Positions 6,913-14,358 are shown, counted from the stretch's first letter. The stretch is 32,000 nucleotides of DNA from Micrococcus luteus NCTC 2665 (GCF_000023205.1 NC_012803.1:2250001-2282000); one strand, 5' to 3'. The notes: generated from the sequence alone by a model not told the origin. Program-made: numbers and translations.

Positions 6913-7428
6913 TCAGGTGTGCGCGCGACGCCCGTCCGTCGCACCCGCCCCCGCCCGCCGCATCGGCACGTGCGGGATGCCGTCCTCGAGGAACTCCGGC
7001 CCGTCCGGCGCGTAGCCCCAGCGGGCGTACCAGTGCGCCAGGTGGGCCTGGGCGTCCAGCACGCTCGGCCGCCCGCCGATCCGGGCGACCGCCTCGTCCA
7101 GCAGCGCCCCGGCCAGGGCCCGGCCCCGCGCGTCGGGGTGGGTGACGACGCGGCCGATGCGGGCGACGTCGCCGTCGTCCAGCAGCCGCAGCGTGGCGAC
7201 GGGCGTGCCCGCCTCGTCCTCGACCCACAGGTGGACGATGGCCGGCTCGAGGTCGCGGCCGTCCAGGTCCAGGTAGGGGCAGTCCTGCTCGACGACGAAC
7301 ACCAGCGACCGCAGCTGCCAGAGGCGGTAGGCCGTCGTCCGGTCGAGCTCGTCGAAGCCCGCGGCATGGACGGCAGGGGCGGGGCCGGGTGTGGCGGCGG
7401 GCGGCGTGGGGGCGGGGCGCTCGGGCAT
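6913..7428 (-). CDS. elaA: GNAT family N-acetyltransferase, ElaA-like
   Basis: Start MPERPAP at 7428, inside track ORF 6913-7944. LWQLRSLVFVVEQDCPYLDLDGRDL, IGRVVTHPDARGRALAGALL and AQAHLAHWYARWGY...EDGIPHVPM align well from memory with E. coli ElaA. Confidence 0.8.
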   Translation of the reverse strand: MPERPAPTPPAATPGPAPAVHAAGFDELDRTTAYRLWQLRSLVFVVEQDCPYLDLDGRDLEPAIVHLWVEDEAGTPVATLRLLDDGDVARIGRVVTHPDARGRALAGALLDEAVARIGGRPSVLDAQAHLAHWYARWGYAPDGPEFLEDGIPHVPMRRAGAGATDGRRAHT

Positions 7429-7497
7429 GAGCCGATGGTGCCACGGGAGCGTCCGACGCCCGGCGCCCGACGTGCTCCTGAGTGCTCCGGCGTCGCC

Positions 7498-7568
7498 GAA
7501 TCCACTGCGGAACTGACCCTTCTGGCGACCGCCACCGCCCTCAGAAGGGTCACTTCCGCAGCGGATTC
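7498..7568. repeat. Hairpin repeat family 1, copy B (27-bp stem, 17-nt loop)
   Basis: GAATCCACTGCGGAACTGACCCTTCTG (7498-7524) pairs with CAGAAGGGTCACTTCCGCAGCGGATTC (7542-7568) with 2 mismatches. It has the same orientation and geometry as copy A. The right arm abuts the stop (7569-7571) of the minus-strand membrane-protein gene. Confidence 0.85.
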
Positions 7569-8009
7569 TCAGCCGTCCTCGCGGCGCAACGGCACCGGGA
7601 CCGGTTCGGGCTGAGGCTCCCCGGTGGTGGTGGCCGCGAGCACGCCGTGTGCCGCCGCGGTCAGCACGGCGGCGAAGAGTCCCACACCCAGCGCCGTGGC
7701 GGCCCCGTCCGCGAGCAGGGGGATCACCATGCCCGGCACGATCGCGACCCCCACCATCACCACCGCGAACCACGCCGTACTCCCCCGGCCGGCGTAGAAC
7801 ACCTGACGCCCCGCCTCCTCCTGGTCCACCCGGTGGTGCACGTCGCGCAGGGCGAGGGCCACGCCCAGGAGGCACGCCGTCAGCAGCCCGACCGCCCATC
7901 CCAGCCCCAGCTCGTGCCGCAGTCCGGACACGACGCCGGCGCATCCCACGAGCGCCGCCGCGACGGCGATCCGCACGTGCCAGACCTTCTCCCGCTCCAT
8001 CCCGTCCAT
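7569..8009 (-). CDS. Hypothetical integral membrane protein (about 4 TM segments)
   Basis: 146-aa ORF with an ATG start and four hydrophobic stretches (IAVAAALVGCAGVV, WAVGLLTACLLGVALAL, WFAVVMVGVAIVPGMVIPLL, LGVGLFAAVLTAAAHGVLA). GC3-rich codon usage. No family recognised. Confidence 0.55.
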   Translation of the reverse strand: MDGMEREKVWHVRIAVAAALVGCAGVVSGLRHELGLGWAVGLLTACLLGVALALRDVHHRVDQEEAGRQVFYAGRGSTAWFAVVMVGVAIVPGMVIPLLADGAATALGVGLFAAVLTAAAHGVLAATTTGEPQPEPVPVPLRREDG

Positions 8010-8067
8010 GGCCCCACCCTGTCAGAGCGCGGGACGAAGGGCGAGGCGGCCGCAGGACCTCCCCTTC

Positions 8068-8104
8068 TGCTCAGGACCGTGTCCTGAGGACGCGGTCCTG
8101 AGCA
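8068..8104. repeat. Palindromic repeat family 2, copy C (16-bp stem, 5-nt loop); likely terminator of the P-loop NTPase gene
   Basis: TGCTCAGGACCGTGTC-CTGAG-GACGCGGTCCTGAGCA has one T/C mismatch in the stem. It lies 30 bp downstream of the 8134 stop and is nearly identical to the element at 12024-12062. Confidence 0.8.
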
Positions 8105-8133
8105 CGACGTGAGGTCCGGAGGAGCAGCGTGCT

Positions 8134-8703
8134 TCAGGGAGCCTGCCGCCTGCCCTCCAGCCGGGCCAGCACCCACTCCCACTGCCGCGGCGTGCTCAGG
8201 CGCAGCACCGGCGCCCCCTCCGCCGCGGCCTCCCGCTCCCGGGCCCATGCCCGCTTGCGGTCGAACGTGGCGGCGTGCCAGCGCAGGATCGACTCCTCCC
8301 CGAGCACCCGACGCCAGGACTCGCGGTTGCCGTTGCACATCTCCCCCTGCCCCACCACCCGGCGGATCGTGCGCCGCACCAGGCACGTGAAGGTCCGGGC
8401 CCGCGAGTAGTCCAGGGCGATGACGACGTCGGTCCGCTTCATGACCATCGGCCGGTAGAAGGCGTAGGCGGAGTCCAGCACCCAGGCCTCCCCCGCCGTG
8501 ACCGAGTCCGCCAGGGCGGTCTGCTCGGCCTCCGGCCGCGGGACCCAGCCCGGCAGCCAGCCGAACTCCTCGTCCACGAGGGTGACCGGCAGGCCGAGTA
8601 CAGCGCCGAGCCGCACGGCCGCGGTGGACTTCCCGGCCCCCGTGACCCCGTGGAACAGGACGCGGCGGGCCTGCCGCACGTGGTCGATCGAGGCGGAGGG
8701 CAT
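8134..8703 (-). CDS. P-loop NTPase, adenylate-kinase / topology-modulation (FlaR)-like
   Basis: 189-aa ORF with an ATG start. A Walker A motif (FHGVTGAGKST) lies near the N-terminus. The size and overall layout fit small AAA/kinase-like proteins. Confidence 0.65.
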   Translation of the reverse strand: MPSASIDHVRQARRVLFHGVTGAGKSTAAVRLGAVLGLPVTLVDEEFGWLPGWVPRPEAEQTALADSVTAGEAWVLDSAYAFYRPMVMKRTDVVIALDYSRARTFTCLVRRTIRRVVGQGEMCNGNRESWRRVLGEESILRWHAATFDRKRAWAREREAAAEGAPVLRLSTPRQWEWVLARLEGRRQAP

Positions 8704-8762
8704 GGGAGAAGGCTAACGGCCGTGACACGATGGCCCCGGTCGCACACAGCAGGAGGGGAACG

Positions 8763-9281
8763 ATGACACAGGTGCACACAGGCAACGCTCACAGGCAGAT
8801 CGTGGACGGCCAGCGCGTCCGCGGGATCAGCCGGGCGGGTCATCCGGTGGTCTTCGGCGGGCTGATCGGGGTGGTCGGCGGCATGGCCTTCCTGCTCGCC
8901 GGGATCGCCGGGCTGCCCGGCGACGCTCAGAGCATGCTCCGCAGTGCGGCGGTCGCCCTCGCCGTCTTCGCCCTCGCGGCGGTCCTGCTCCGCCGCCGGA
9001 CCGTGCCCGCCCTGCCGCCCCCGGCGCAGATCGCCCTGGTGGCGGCCGTGGTGGGCGCGCACTTCCTGCCGTTCGCGCGCGCGTTCGGCGCGCCGGTGTT
9101 CCGGTGGATCGGCGGGTCGATGCTGGTCCTGGGCCTGGTCGGCGCCCTGGCGGCGATGCTCCGCGTGCCCGCCGCGGGACCGGCCGGGGCCGCGGCGGCC
9201 GGCGCGGCGATGCTGCTGATCGTGGCGGGGCAGGCCCTGCGGCAGGGGGCGCCCGCCCCGGGTGACAGACTGCGCGCATGA
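8763..9281 (+). CDS. Hypothetical multi-pass membrane protein (intact paralogue of 1262-1860)
   Basis: The ATG at 8763 is preceded by AGGAGGGG, inside track ORF 8730-9281. The product is hydrophobic (GGLIGVVGGMAFLLAGIAGLP, HFLPFARAFGAPVFRWIGGSMLVLGLVGAL). Its stop overlaps the methyltransferase start (ATGA at 9278-9281). Confidence 0.65.
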   Translation: MTQVHTGNAHRQIVDGQRVRGISRAGHPVVFGGLIGVVGGMAFLLAGIAGLPGDAQSMLRSAAVALAVFALAAVLLRRRTVPALPPPAQIALVAAVVGAHFLPFARAFGAPVFRWIGGSMLVLGLVGALAAMLRVPAAGPAGAAAAGAAMLLIVAGQALRQGAPAPGDRLRA

Positions 9282-10051
9282 CCGACGCCCCCTCCCGCGC
9301 CGAGGCCAACCGGCGCACCTACGACGACGCCCGCCTCGCCGCGATCTACGACGTGGACAACCCCGCGGGCGAGGACCACGCGTTCTTCCGCCGGGTCGCG
9401 GACGAGGTCTCGGCCGCGCGGGCCAGCACCCGCATCGTCGACCTCGGCTGCGGCACCGGCATCCTGACGGTGACGCTCGCGGGCCCGGGGCGGGACGTTG
9501 TCGGGATCGACCCGGCCGAGGCCATGCTCGCGGCGGCCCGCGCGCGCCCGGGCGGGGACGGCGTCGAGTGGCGACACGGGGATGCGGGGCTGATCGCGCC
9601 GGACTCCGCCGACCTGGTGGTGATGAGCGGCAACGTGGCCATGCACCTGGTCGACGACGACTGGCACGCGTCGCTGCGGCGCATCGGTGCGGGGCTCGTG
9701 CCCGGCGGCCGCCTGGTCTTCGAGACGCGCAACCCCGTCCGGCGCGCGTGGGAGGGCTGGCAGCAGGACCCCACGGAGCGCACGATGCCGGCCGGGCGGG
9801 TCCTCGAGTCGGAGCGCACCTCCGCCCCGGACCGGCACGGGGTGGTGACGATGCGCGTGCGCACCGAGTTCCTCGACTCCGGGGAGGTGTCCGAGGTGGA
9901 CCAGCACCTGCAGTTCCGCTCCGCGGAGCAGGTGCGCGCGGACCTGGCCGCAGCGGGGCTGCGGGTGGAACGGCTCTCCGGAGACTGGCACCGCACGGCC
10001 TTCGACCCCGCCGAGCACCCGCTCATGGTGGTGGAGGCGGTGCGGGACTGA
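9278..10051 (+). CDS. Class I SAM-dependent methyltransferase
   Basis: 257-aa ORF with motif I, IVDLGCGTGILT, and a later LVPGGRLVFE block. It is translationally coupled to the upstream membrane-protein gene. Confidence 0.85.
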   Translation: MTDAPSRAEANRRTYDDARLAAIYDVDNPAGEDHAFFRRVADEVSAARASTRIVDLGCGTGILTVTLAGPGRDVVGIDPAEAMLAAARARPGGDGVEWRHGDAGLIAPDSADLVVMSGNVAMHLVDDDWHASLRRIGAGLVPGGRLVFETRNPVRRAWEGWQQDPTERTMPAGRVLESERTSAPDRHGVVTMRVRTEFLDSGEVSEVDQHLQFRSAEQVRADLAAAGLRVERLSGDWHRTAFDPAEHPLMVVEAVRD

Positions 10052-10082
10052 CCGGGCGGTGGACGGCGAGCCCCTATGCCCC

Positions 10083-10559
10083 TCAGCCCCCGAACCCGAC
10101 CGCCGTGTCCGGGGTGAGGTCGCCGTCGCGCAGGCCCTCCAGCACGAGCCGCTCGTAGTCCGGAATCGGGCTCGGCAACGAATCCAGGGGGAACCACTCC
10201 AGGTGGGAGGCCTTGCCGGGCTCGCAGATCCGCGGCTCACCCGCCCAGGACCGGCAGGCCCAGAACCAGTCCACGCGCTGCTCGCGCGGGGTGTCCGTGC
10301 CGTCCGTGCGCTGCATGACGGTCAGCAGCTCGAGGGCAGCAGGCTCGATCTCGACGCCGAGCTCCTCCGCCGTCTCCCGGACCGCCCCCTGCCGGGCCGC
10401 CTCCCCCGGCTCCACGTGCCCGGCGGCGCCCGCCACCCAGAACCCGTCCATGTACCCGGTGTGATGCCGGCGCTGCAGCAGCACCTCCCGTCCCCGCAGC
10501 AAGAGGACGTAGGAGGAGGGCACGAGGGCGAAGGAGTGGGCGGCCATGGGCACCATCAT
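10083..10559 (-). CDS. NUDIX hydrolase
   Basis: Start MMVPMAAHSF at 10559, inside track ORF 10083-11258. The NUDIX box is GHVEPGEAARQGAVRETAEELGV. Confidence 0.85.
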   Translation of the reverse strand: MMVPMAAHSFALVPSSYVLLLRGREVLLQRRHHTGYMDGFWVAGAAGHVEPGEAARQGAVRETAEELGVEIEPAALELLTVMQRTDGTDTPREQRVDWFWACRSWAGEPRICEPGKASHLEWFPLDSLPSPIPDYERLVLEGLRDGDLTPDTAVGFGG

Positions 10560-10646
10560 CGCCTCACGGGACCGCCACTGCGGCCGGTGCGTGGATGACG
10601 CCCGTGACCTGGGCATTCGCTGGGAACTGCCGCTAGCGTGGGCGCC

Positions 10647-11183
10647 ATGGCCTCCCCCTCCGTCACGGCTCGGCCCGTCGGCCGCCCCGCCCCCGACCTC
10701 CACCGCCGCCTGCTGCTGTCCGGGATCCTCTTCGGGGTGGGCGTGGCCGCCTTCGTCGACGAGGTCGTCCTGCACCAGCTCCTGCACTGGCACCACTTCT
10801 ACGACCTGTCCACCGCGGCCGTCGGCCTGGTCTCCGACGGACTCTTCCACGCCTTCGGCTGGTTCGCCGCCGTGGCCGGGCTGTTCCTCTTCGCGGACGT
10901 GCGACGCCGCGGCGGCCCCGGCGTCGGCCGGTGGTGGCCGGCGGTGCTGATCGGCGCGGGCGCGTTCCAGGCGTGGGACGGCACCGTCCAGCACAAGCTC
11001 ATGAGGATCCACCAGATCCGGTACGAGGTCATCCCCACGGAGCTGCAGGGCACCGGCCCGTACGCGCCCGTGGACGACATCCTCGTGTACGACCTCGTGT
11101 GGATGGCCATTGCGATCGCCTTCCTCGTGATCGGCACCCTGGCGTGGCGGCGCGGCTCCCGCCGGGCGGCCGCCCGTGCATGA
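10647..11183 (+). CDS. DUF2243 family membrane protein
   Basis: The track ORF starts with GTG at 10638. I prefer the ATG at 10647 because TAGCGT (10634-10639, -10-like) lies 7 nt upstream, suggesting a leaderless start. FVDEVVLHQLLHWHHFYD and FQAWDGTVQHKLMRIHQIR are the DUF2243 conserved blocks. Confidence 0.7.
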   Translation: MASPSVTARPVGRPAPDLHRRLLLSGILFGVGVAAFVDEVVLHQLLHWHHFYDLSTAAVGLVSDGLFHAFGWFAAVAGLFLFADVRRRGGPGVGRWWPAVLIGAGAFQAWDGTVQHKLMRIHQIRYEVIPTELQGTGPYAPVDDILVYDLVWMAIAIAFLVIGTLAWRRGSRRAAARA

Positions 11184-12009
11184 GCACCCCGGCGGGATCG
11201 GGGCGGAGCTCGGCGCCCAGGCGGCGAGCGCCCCGTTCCCGCTGGCCGGCGTCGTCATCGGCGGCGGACTCCTGCTGTTCCTGGTCGCCTATGCGGCGCT
11301 GGTCCGCGCCGGACGACGCCGGGGCCGCGCCTGGTCCGACGCGCGCACCCTGAGCGCGGCCGCGGGGGTGGTGGCCGGCGTCGTGGCGGTGGGACCGCTG
11401 GGGGTGCTCGGCCACCACGACTTCACGGCCCACATGTGGGGGCACCTGCTGCTGGGCATGCTCGCCCCGCTGCTGCTGGTGCTGTCCGCGCCGGTGACCG
11501 TGGCCCTGCGGGGCCTGCCCGTGGCGTGGGCGCGGCGGCTGTCCCGGGTGCTGTCCACGCCGTACGTGCGGGTGGTCTCGCACCCGGTGGTGGCGGGGCT
11601 GCTGAACATCGGCGGGCTGTGGCTGCTCTACACCACACCCCTGCACGCCTGGATGCATGCCTCCGCGGTGGGGCATCTGCTGGTGCACGTGCACGTGCTG
11701 CTGGCCGGGTGGGTGTTCACCGCCGCGATCCTGCAGGTGGACCCGGCACCGCACCCGCACGGACACCCGCTGCGGGCAGGTGTGCTCGTGGCGTTCCTCG
11801 CGCTGCACGCGATCCTCTCCAAGCACGTCTACGCGCATCCGCCGGCGGGCGTGGGCGTGGCGGAGGCCCAGGCCGGCGCCCAGCTCATGTACTACGGCGG
11901 CGACTGGATCGACCTCGTGCTGATCGCCGTCTTCTGCCTGGACTGGTACCGCCGCACCGCGCCGGTGCGGTCGGGGCGGGGCGGTGTGGTGGCCCGGGCG
12001 GCGTCCTGA
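11176..12009 (+). CDS. Cytochrome c oxidase assembly factor CtaG-like membrane protein (Caa3_CtaG family)
   Basis: 277-aa polytopic ORF with a GTG start that overlaps the DUF2243 stop by 8 nt. FTAHMWGHLLLGMLAPLLLVLSAPVTVALR, GHLLVHVHVLLAGWVF and HAILSK...YYGGD resemble Caa3_CtaG/CopD-like proteins, which are commonly paired with DUF2243. Confidence 0.65.
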   Translation: MHEHPGGIGAELGAQAASAPFPLAGVVIGGGLLLFLVAYAALVRAGRRRGRAWSDARTLSAAAGVVAGVVAVGPLGVLGHHDFTAHMWGHLLLGMLAPLLLVLSAPVTVALRGLPVAWARRLSRVLSTPYVRVVSHPVVAGLLNIGGLWLLYTTPLHAWMHASAVGHLLVHVHVLLAGWVFTAAILQVDPAPHPHGHPLRAGVLVAFLALHAILSKHVYAHPPAGVGVAEAQAGAQLMYYGGDWIDLVLIAVFCLDWYRRTAPVRSGRGGVVARAAS

Positions 12010-12023
12010 GAAGACCGCTCGAT

Positions 12024-12062
12024 GTGCTCAGGACCGCGTCCTCATGACGCGGTCCTGAGCAC
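12024..12062. repeat. Palindromic repeat family 2, copy D (perfect 17-bp stem, 5-nt loop); probable bidirectional terminator
   Basis: GTGCTCAGGACCGCGTC-CTCAT-GACGCGGTCCTGAGCAC lies between the convergent CtaG-like gene (stop 12009) and ohrR (stop 12107). Confidence 0.85.
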
Positions 12063-12106
12063 AGCAGGCGGTCGCGGGGATCCTGCGCCCCCGCCCGCGC
12101 CCCGGC

Positions 12107-12538
12107 TCAGTCGAGTCCCGCGGCCAGCTCGTCCAGGAAGGCCTTGAGCTCCTCCCGCTGTCCGGCCGGCCCGGGGTAGAGGTCGGCCATGCGTGCGGGG
12201 ATGTCGGCGGCGGCCTCGCGCAGGTCCCGGCCGGCGGGGGCGAGGGAGATGAGGCGACGCCGCTCGTCGTCGGCGCTGCGGGCACGGGTGACCAGGCCGG
12301 CGTGGTCGAGGCGGCGCAGCAGCGGGGTGAGGGTGCCGCTGTCGAGTCCCAGGCGCGCGCCGATGTCGTTCACGCCCACCGGCCCGTCCTCCTGCCAGAG
12401 CACCAGCATCACGAGGTACTGGGGGTAGGTGAGGCCCAGCTCCTCGAGCAGGGGCCGGTAGGCGCGGGTCACCGCCCGGCTGGCGCGGTAGAGGGAGAAG
12501 CACAGCTGGCGGTCGAGGTCGAGGGGGGTGACGTCCAC
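12107..12538 (-). CDS. ohrR: MarR-family organic-hydroperoxide-sensing repressor OhrR
   Basis: 143-aa ORF with a GTG start. It has the N-terminal sensing cysteine context LDRQLCFSLYRA and the winged-helix segment LGLTYPQYLVMLVLW...VNDIGARLGLDSGTLTPLLRRLDHAGLV. It is divergent from ohr. Confidence 0.85.
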   Translation of the reverse strand: MDVTPLDLDRQLCFSLYRASRAVTRAYRPLLEELGLTYPQYLVMLVLWQEDGPVGVNDIGARLGLDSGTLTPLLRRLDHAGLVTRARSADDERRRLISLAPAGRDLREAAADIPARMADLYPGPAGQREELKAFLDELAAGLD

Positions 12539-12567
12539 CCGGACAACCTACCCCGCAGACAACTGGA

Positions 12568-12596
12568 TTGCACACAACCTGATCGCGGACTACCTT
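12568..12596 (+). promoter_or_regulatory. Candidate sigma-70-type promoter of ohr (-35 TTGCAC, 17-nt spacer, -10 TACCTT)
   Basis: TTGCAC at 12568-12573 and TACCTT at 12591-12596 lie in the ohrR-ohr intergenic region, which is where an OhrR operator is expected. The region also contains the direct repeat ACAAC...ACAAC. Confidence 0.4.
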
Positions 12597-12659
12597 GGAC
12601 CGTGGCCGCCGTCGAGCGGCCCCCGGCACCCCGGGCCAGACACCGTCAAGGAGCACACC

Positions 12660-13088
12660 GTGATCGAGATCGAGCCCCTCTACACCACCGAGGCCATCGC
12701 CACGGGCGGCGGCCGCAACGGCCACGTCCGGACCGCGGACGGCCGCGTCGACATGGACCTGGCGATCCCCGCCGAGATGGGCGGCAGCGGCGACGGCGCC
12801 AACCCCGAGCAGCTCTTCGCCGCCGGCTACGCCGCGTGCTTCCACTCCGCCCTGCAGAGCGTCGCCCGCCAGGCCAAGAAGAAGCTCGGCGACTCCTCCG
12901 TGGGCGCCCGCGTCTCGATCGGCAAGGCCGGCGAGGGCTTCGGCCTGGCCGTCACCCTCGAGGTCGTCATCCCGGACCTGCCCCAGGACGAGGCGCAGCA
13001 GCTCGCCGACGCCGCCCACCAGGTCTGCCCCTACTCCAACGCCACCCGCGGCACCATCCGCGTGGACGTTCAGGTCGTCGACGACTGA
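12660..13088 (+). CDS. ohr: Organic hydroperoxide resistance protein Ohr (OsmC/Ohr family peroxiredoxin)
   Basis: The GTG at 12660 is preceded by AAGGAG, inside track ORF 12528-13088. PEQLFAAGYAACFHSAL and QVCPYSNATRG contain the two catalytic cysteines in the usual Ohr contexts. The 142-aa size fits. Confidence 0.88.
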   Translation: MIEIEPLYTTEAIATGGGRNGHVRTADGRVDMDLAIPAEMGGSGDGANPEQLFAAGYAACFHSALQSVARQAKKKLGDSSVGARVSIGKAGEGFGLAVTLEVVIPDLPQDEAQQLADAAHQVCPYSNATRGTIRVDVQVVDD

Positions 13089-13531
13089 CCGCTCGGCGCG
13101 GCGGCCTCCGCGGCCACCCGCGGATCCGAGGGCTGGAGCACCATCACCAGCAGGGCGATCGCACCGAGCACGGGCAGCAGCGCCAGGAGCAGCCAGGCGC
13201 GGCTGAGCCCGGCGTCGTGCAGGCGCCGGGCCGTCAGCGCCCAGGCGGGCACCAGATGAAGCAGGCCCCAGACCCCCGAGAAGGCCTGGTAGGCCTCGGT
13301 CATCGAGTCGACGGCGGGGACGCTGAGACCGCCGACCGCGAAGCCGGGGAACACGACGGCGGAGGGGGCGGCCGTCGTCGTGTCCGCCCCGAGGGCCCCG
13401 AACAGGAGGGTGATGCCGAGGGACGCGAGGGACAGGTACAGCACCACCCACCAGAACTCGGCGCGCCCGGCCCGGCCGCCGAACTGCGCGTAGCGTCCGT
13501 AGAAGCGGCCCACGGCCCGGAGGAACGTCAT
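13070..13531 (-). CDS. DUF805 family inner-membrane protein
   Basis: Start MTFLRAV at 13531 (the track ORF begins at 13549). YAQFGGRAGRAEFW and TARRLHDAGLSRAWLLLALLPVLG motifs are present. Its 3' end overlaps the ohr 3' end by 19 bp. Confidence 0.75.
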   Translation of the reverse strand: MTFLRAVGRFYGRYAQFGGRAGRAEFWWVVLYLSLASLGITLLFGALGADTTTAAPSAVVFPGFAVGGLSVPAVDSMTEAYQAFSGVWGLLHLVPAWALTARRLHDAGLSRAWLLLALLPVLGAIALLVMVLQPSDPRVAAEAAAPSGQSSTT

Positions 13532-13613
13532 GGCCGGATCCTGGCCCAAGAGGTGGCCCGAGTCGAGGCCCTCCCGCGTGTCCGCACGTCAGGGCGCCGG
13601 TAGCCTGGCGCGC

Positions 13614-14285
13614 ATGCCCTCCCCCTCCGGCTGGCAGGCCCAGCACGACGCCGACTACCGCGCCCACTGGCACGCCCTCGCCGCCCGCGCGGACCCCGAC
13701 GCGCTCACGTGGGTGGTGCTGGGCGACTCGGCCGCCGTCGGGATCGGGGCCGAGAGCGTGGAGCGCACGTACGTGGCCCAGGTGGCCGAGCGGGTGGCCG
13801 CCGAGACCGGCCGGCCCGTGCGGGTGGTGAACCTCGCCGTCAGCGGGGCCATGGCGAAGGACGTGCTCGCCGACCAGCTGCCCCTCATGCCGGCGAGCGG
13901 GGTGGACGCGGTGACGTGCGTCGTCGGCGGCAACGACGTCACCTGGGCTTGGCGGTTCCGCGAGGCCGCCTTCGAGGAGCCCCTCGAGGCGATCGCCCGC
14001 GCCCTGCCCGCCGGCGCCACGCTGGGCCTGGTCCCGACGTTCCGCATCCCGCCGTTCGAGGCCCGCGTGCGCCGGGCGAACACGGTGGTGCGGCGGGTGG
14101 CCGCCCGGCACGGCCTCGGCGTGGCGGACGTGCACGCGGCCACGTGGCGGCGGAATCTGAGGCACCAGGTCAGCCGCCTGGCCCGGGACCTGTTCCACCC
14201 CAACGGCGCCGGCTACGAGGACTGGGCCGCGGCGGTCGCCCCCGAGGTGCTGCGGCAGGTGCGGGGTCAGGCACCGGCCGCCTGA
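13614..14285 (+). CDS. SGNH/GDSL-type hydrolase
   Basis: ATG at 13614 inside track ORF 13530-14285. Block I is VVLGDSAAVG (GDS). Further blocks are VVGGNDV and DLFHPNGAGY (DxxH). Confidence 0.75.
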   Translation: MPSPSGWQAQHDADYRAHWHALAARADPDALTWVVLGDSAAVGIGAESVERTYVAQVAERVAAETGRPVRVVNLAVSGAMAKDVLADQLPLMPASGVDAVTCVVGGNDVTWAWRFREAAFEEPLEAIARALPAGATLGLVPTFRIPPFEARVRRANTVVRRVAARHGLGVADVHAATWRRNLRHQVSRLARDLFHPNGAGYEDWAAAVAPEVLRQVRGQAPAA

Positions 14286-14358
14286 GGACTCCTCCCCGCC
14301 GCGCGCGAAGCGCACATCCGGCGTCCCTCACACCGGGGGCTAGACGGGGACCCATGCG

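Noticed and set aside
7569-10559. Membrane protein, P-loop NTPase, membrane protein, methyltransferase and NUDIX as one functional island or toxin/defence module
   Set aside because: The genes lie on alternating strands in three separate transcription units. Only the membrane-protein/methyltransferase pair is physically coupled. I could see no shared motif or regulator, so treating them as one system would be speculation.
12042-14315. 757-aa minus-strand ORF, plus the 433-aa plus-strand ORF at 12302-13603
   Set aside because: They overlap ohrR, ohr, DUF805 and the SGNH hydrolase in wrong frames or wrong strands, and are rich in Arg/Pro/Gly. The four small genes each carry diagnostic motifs.
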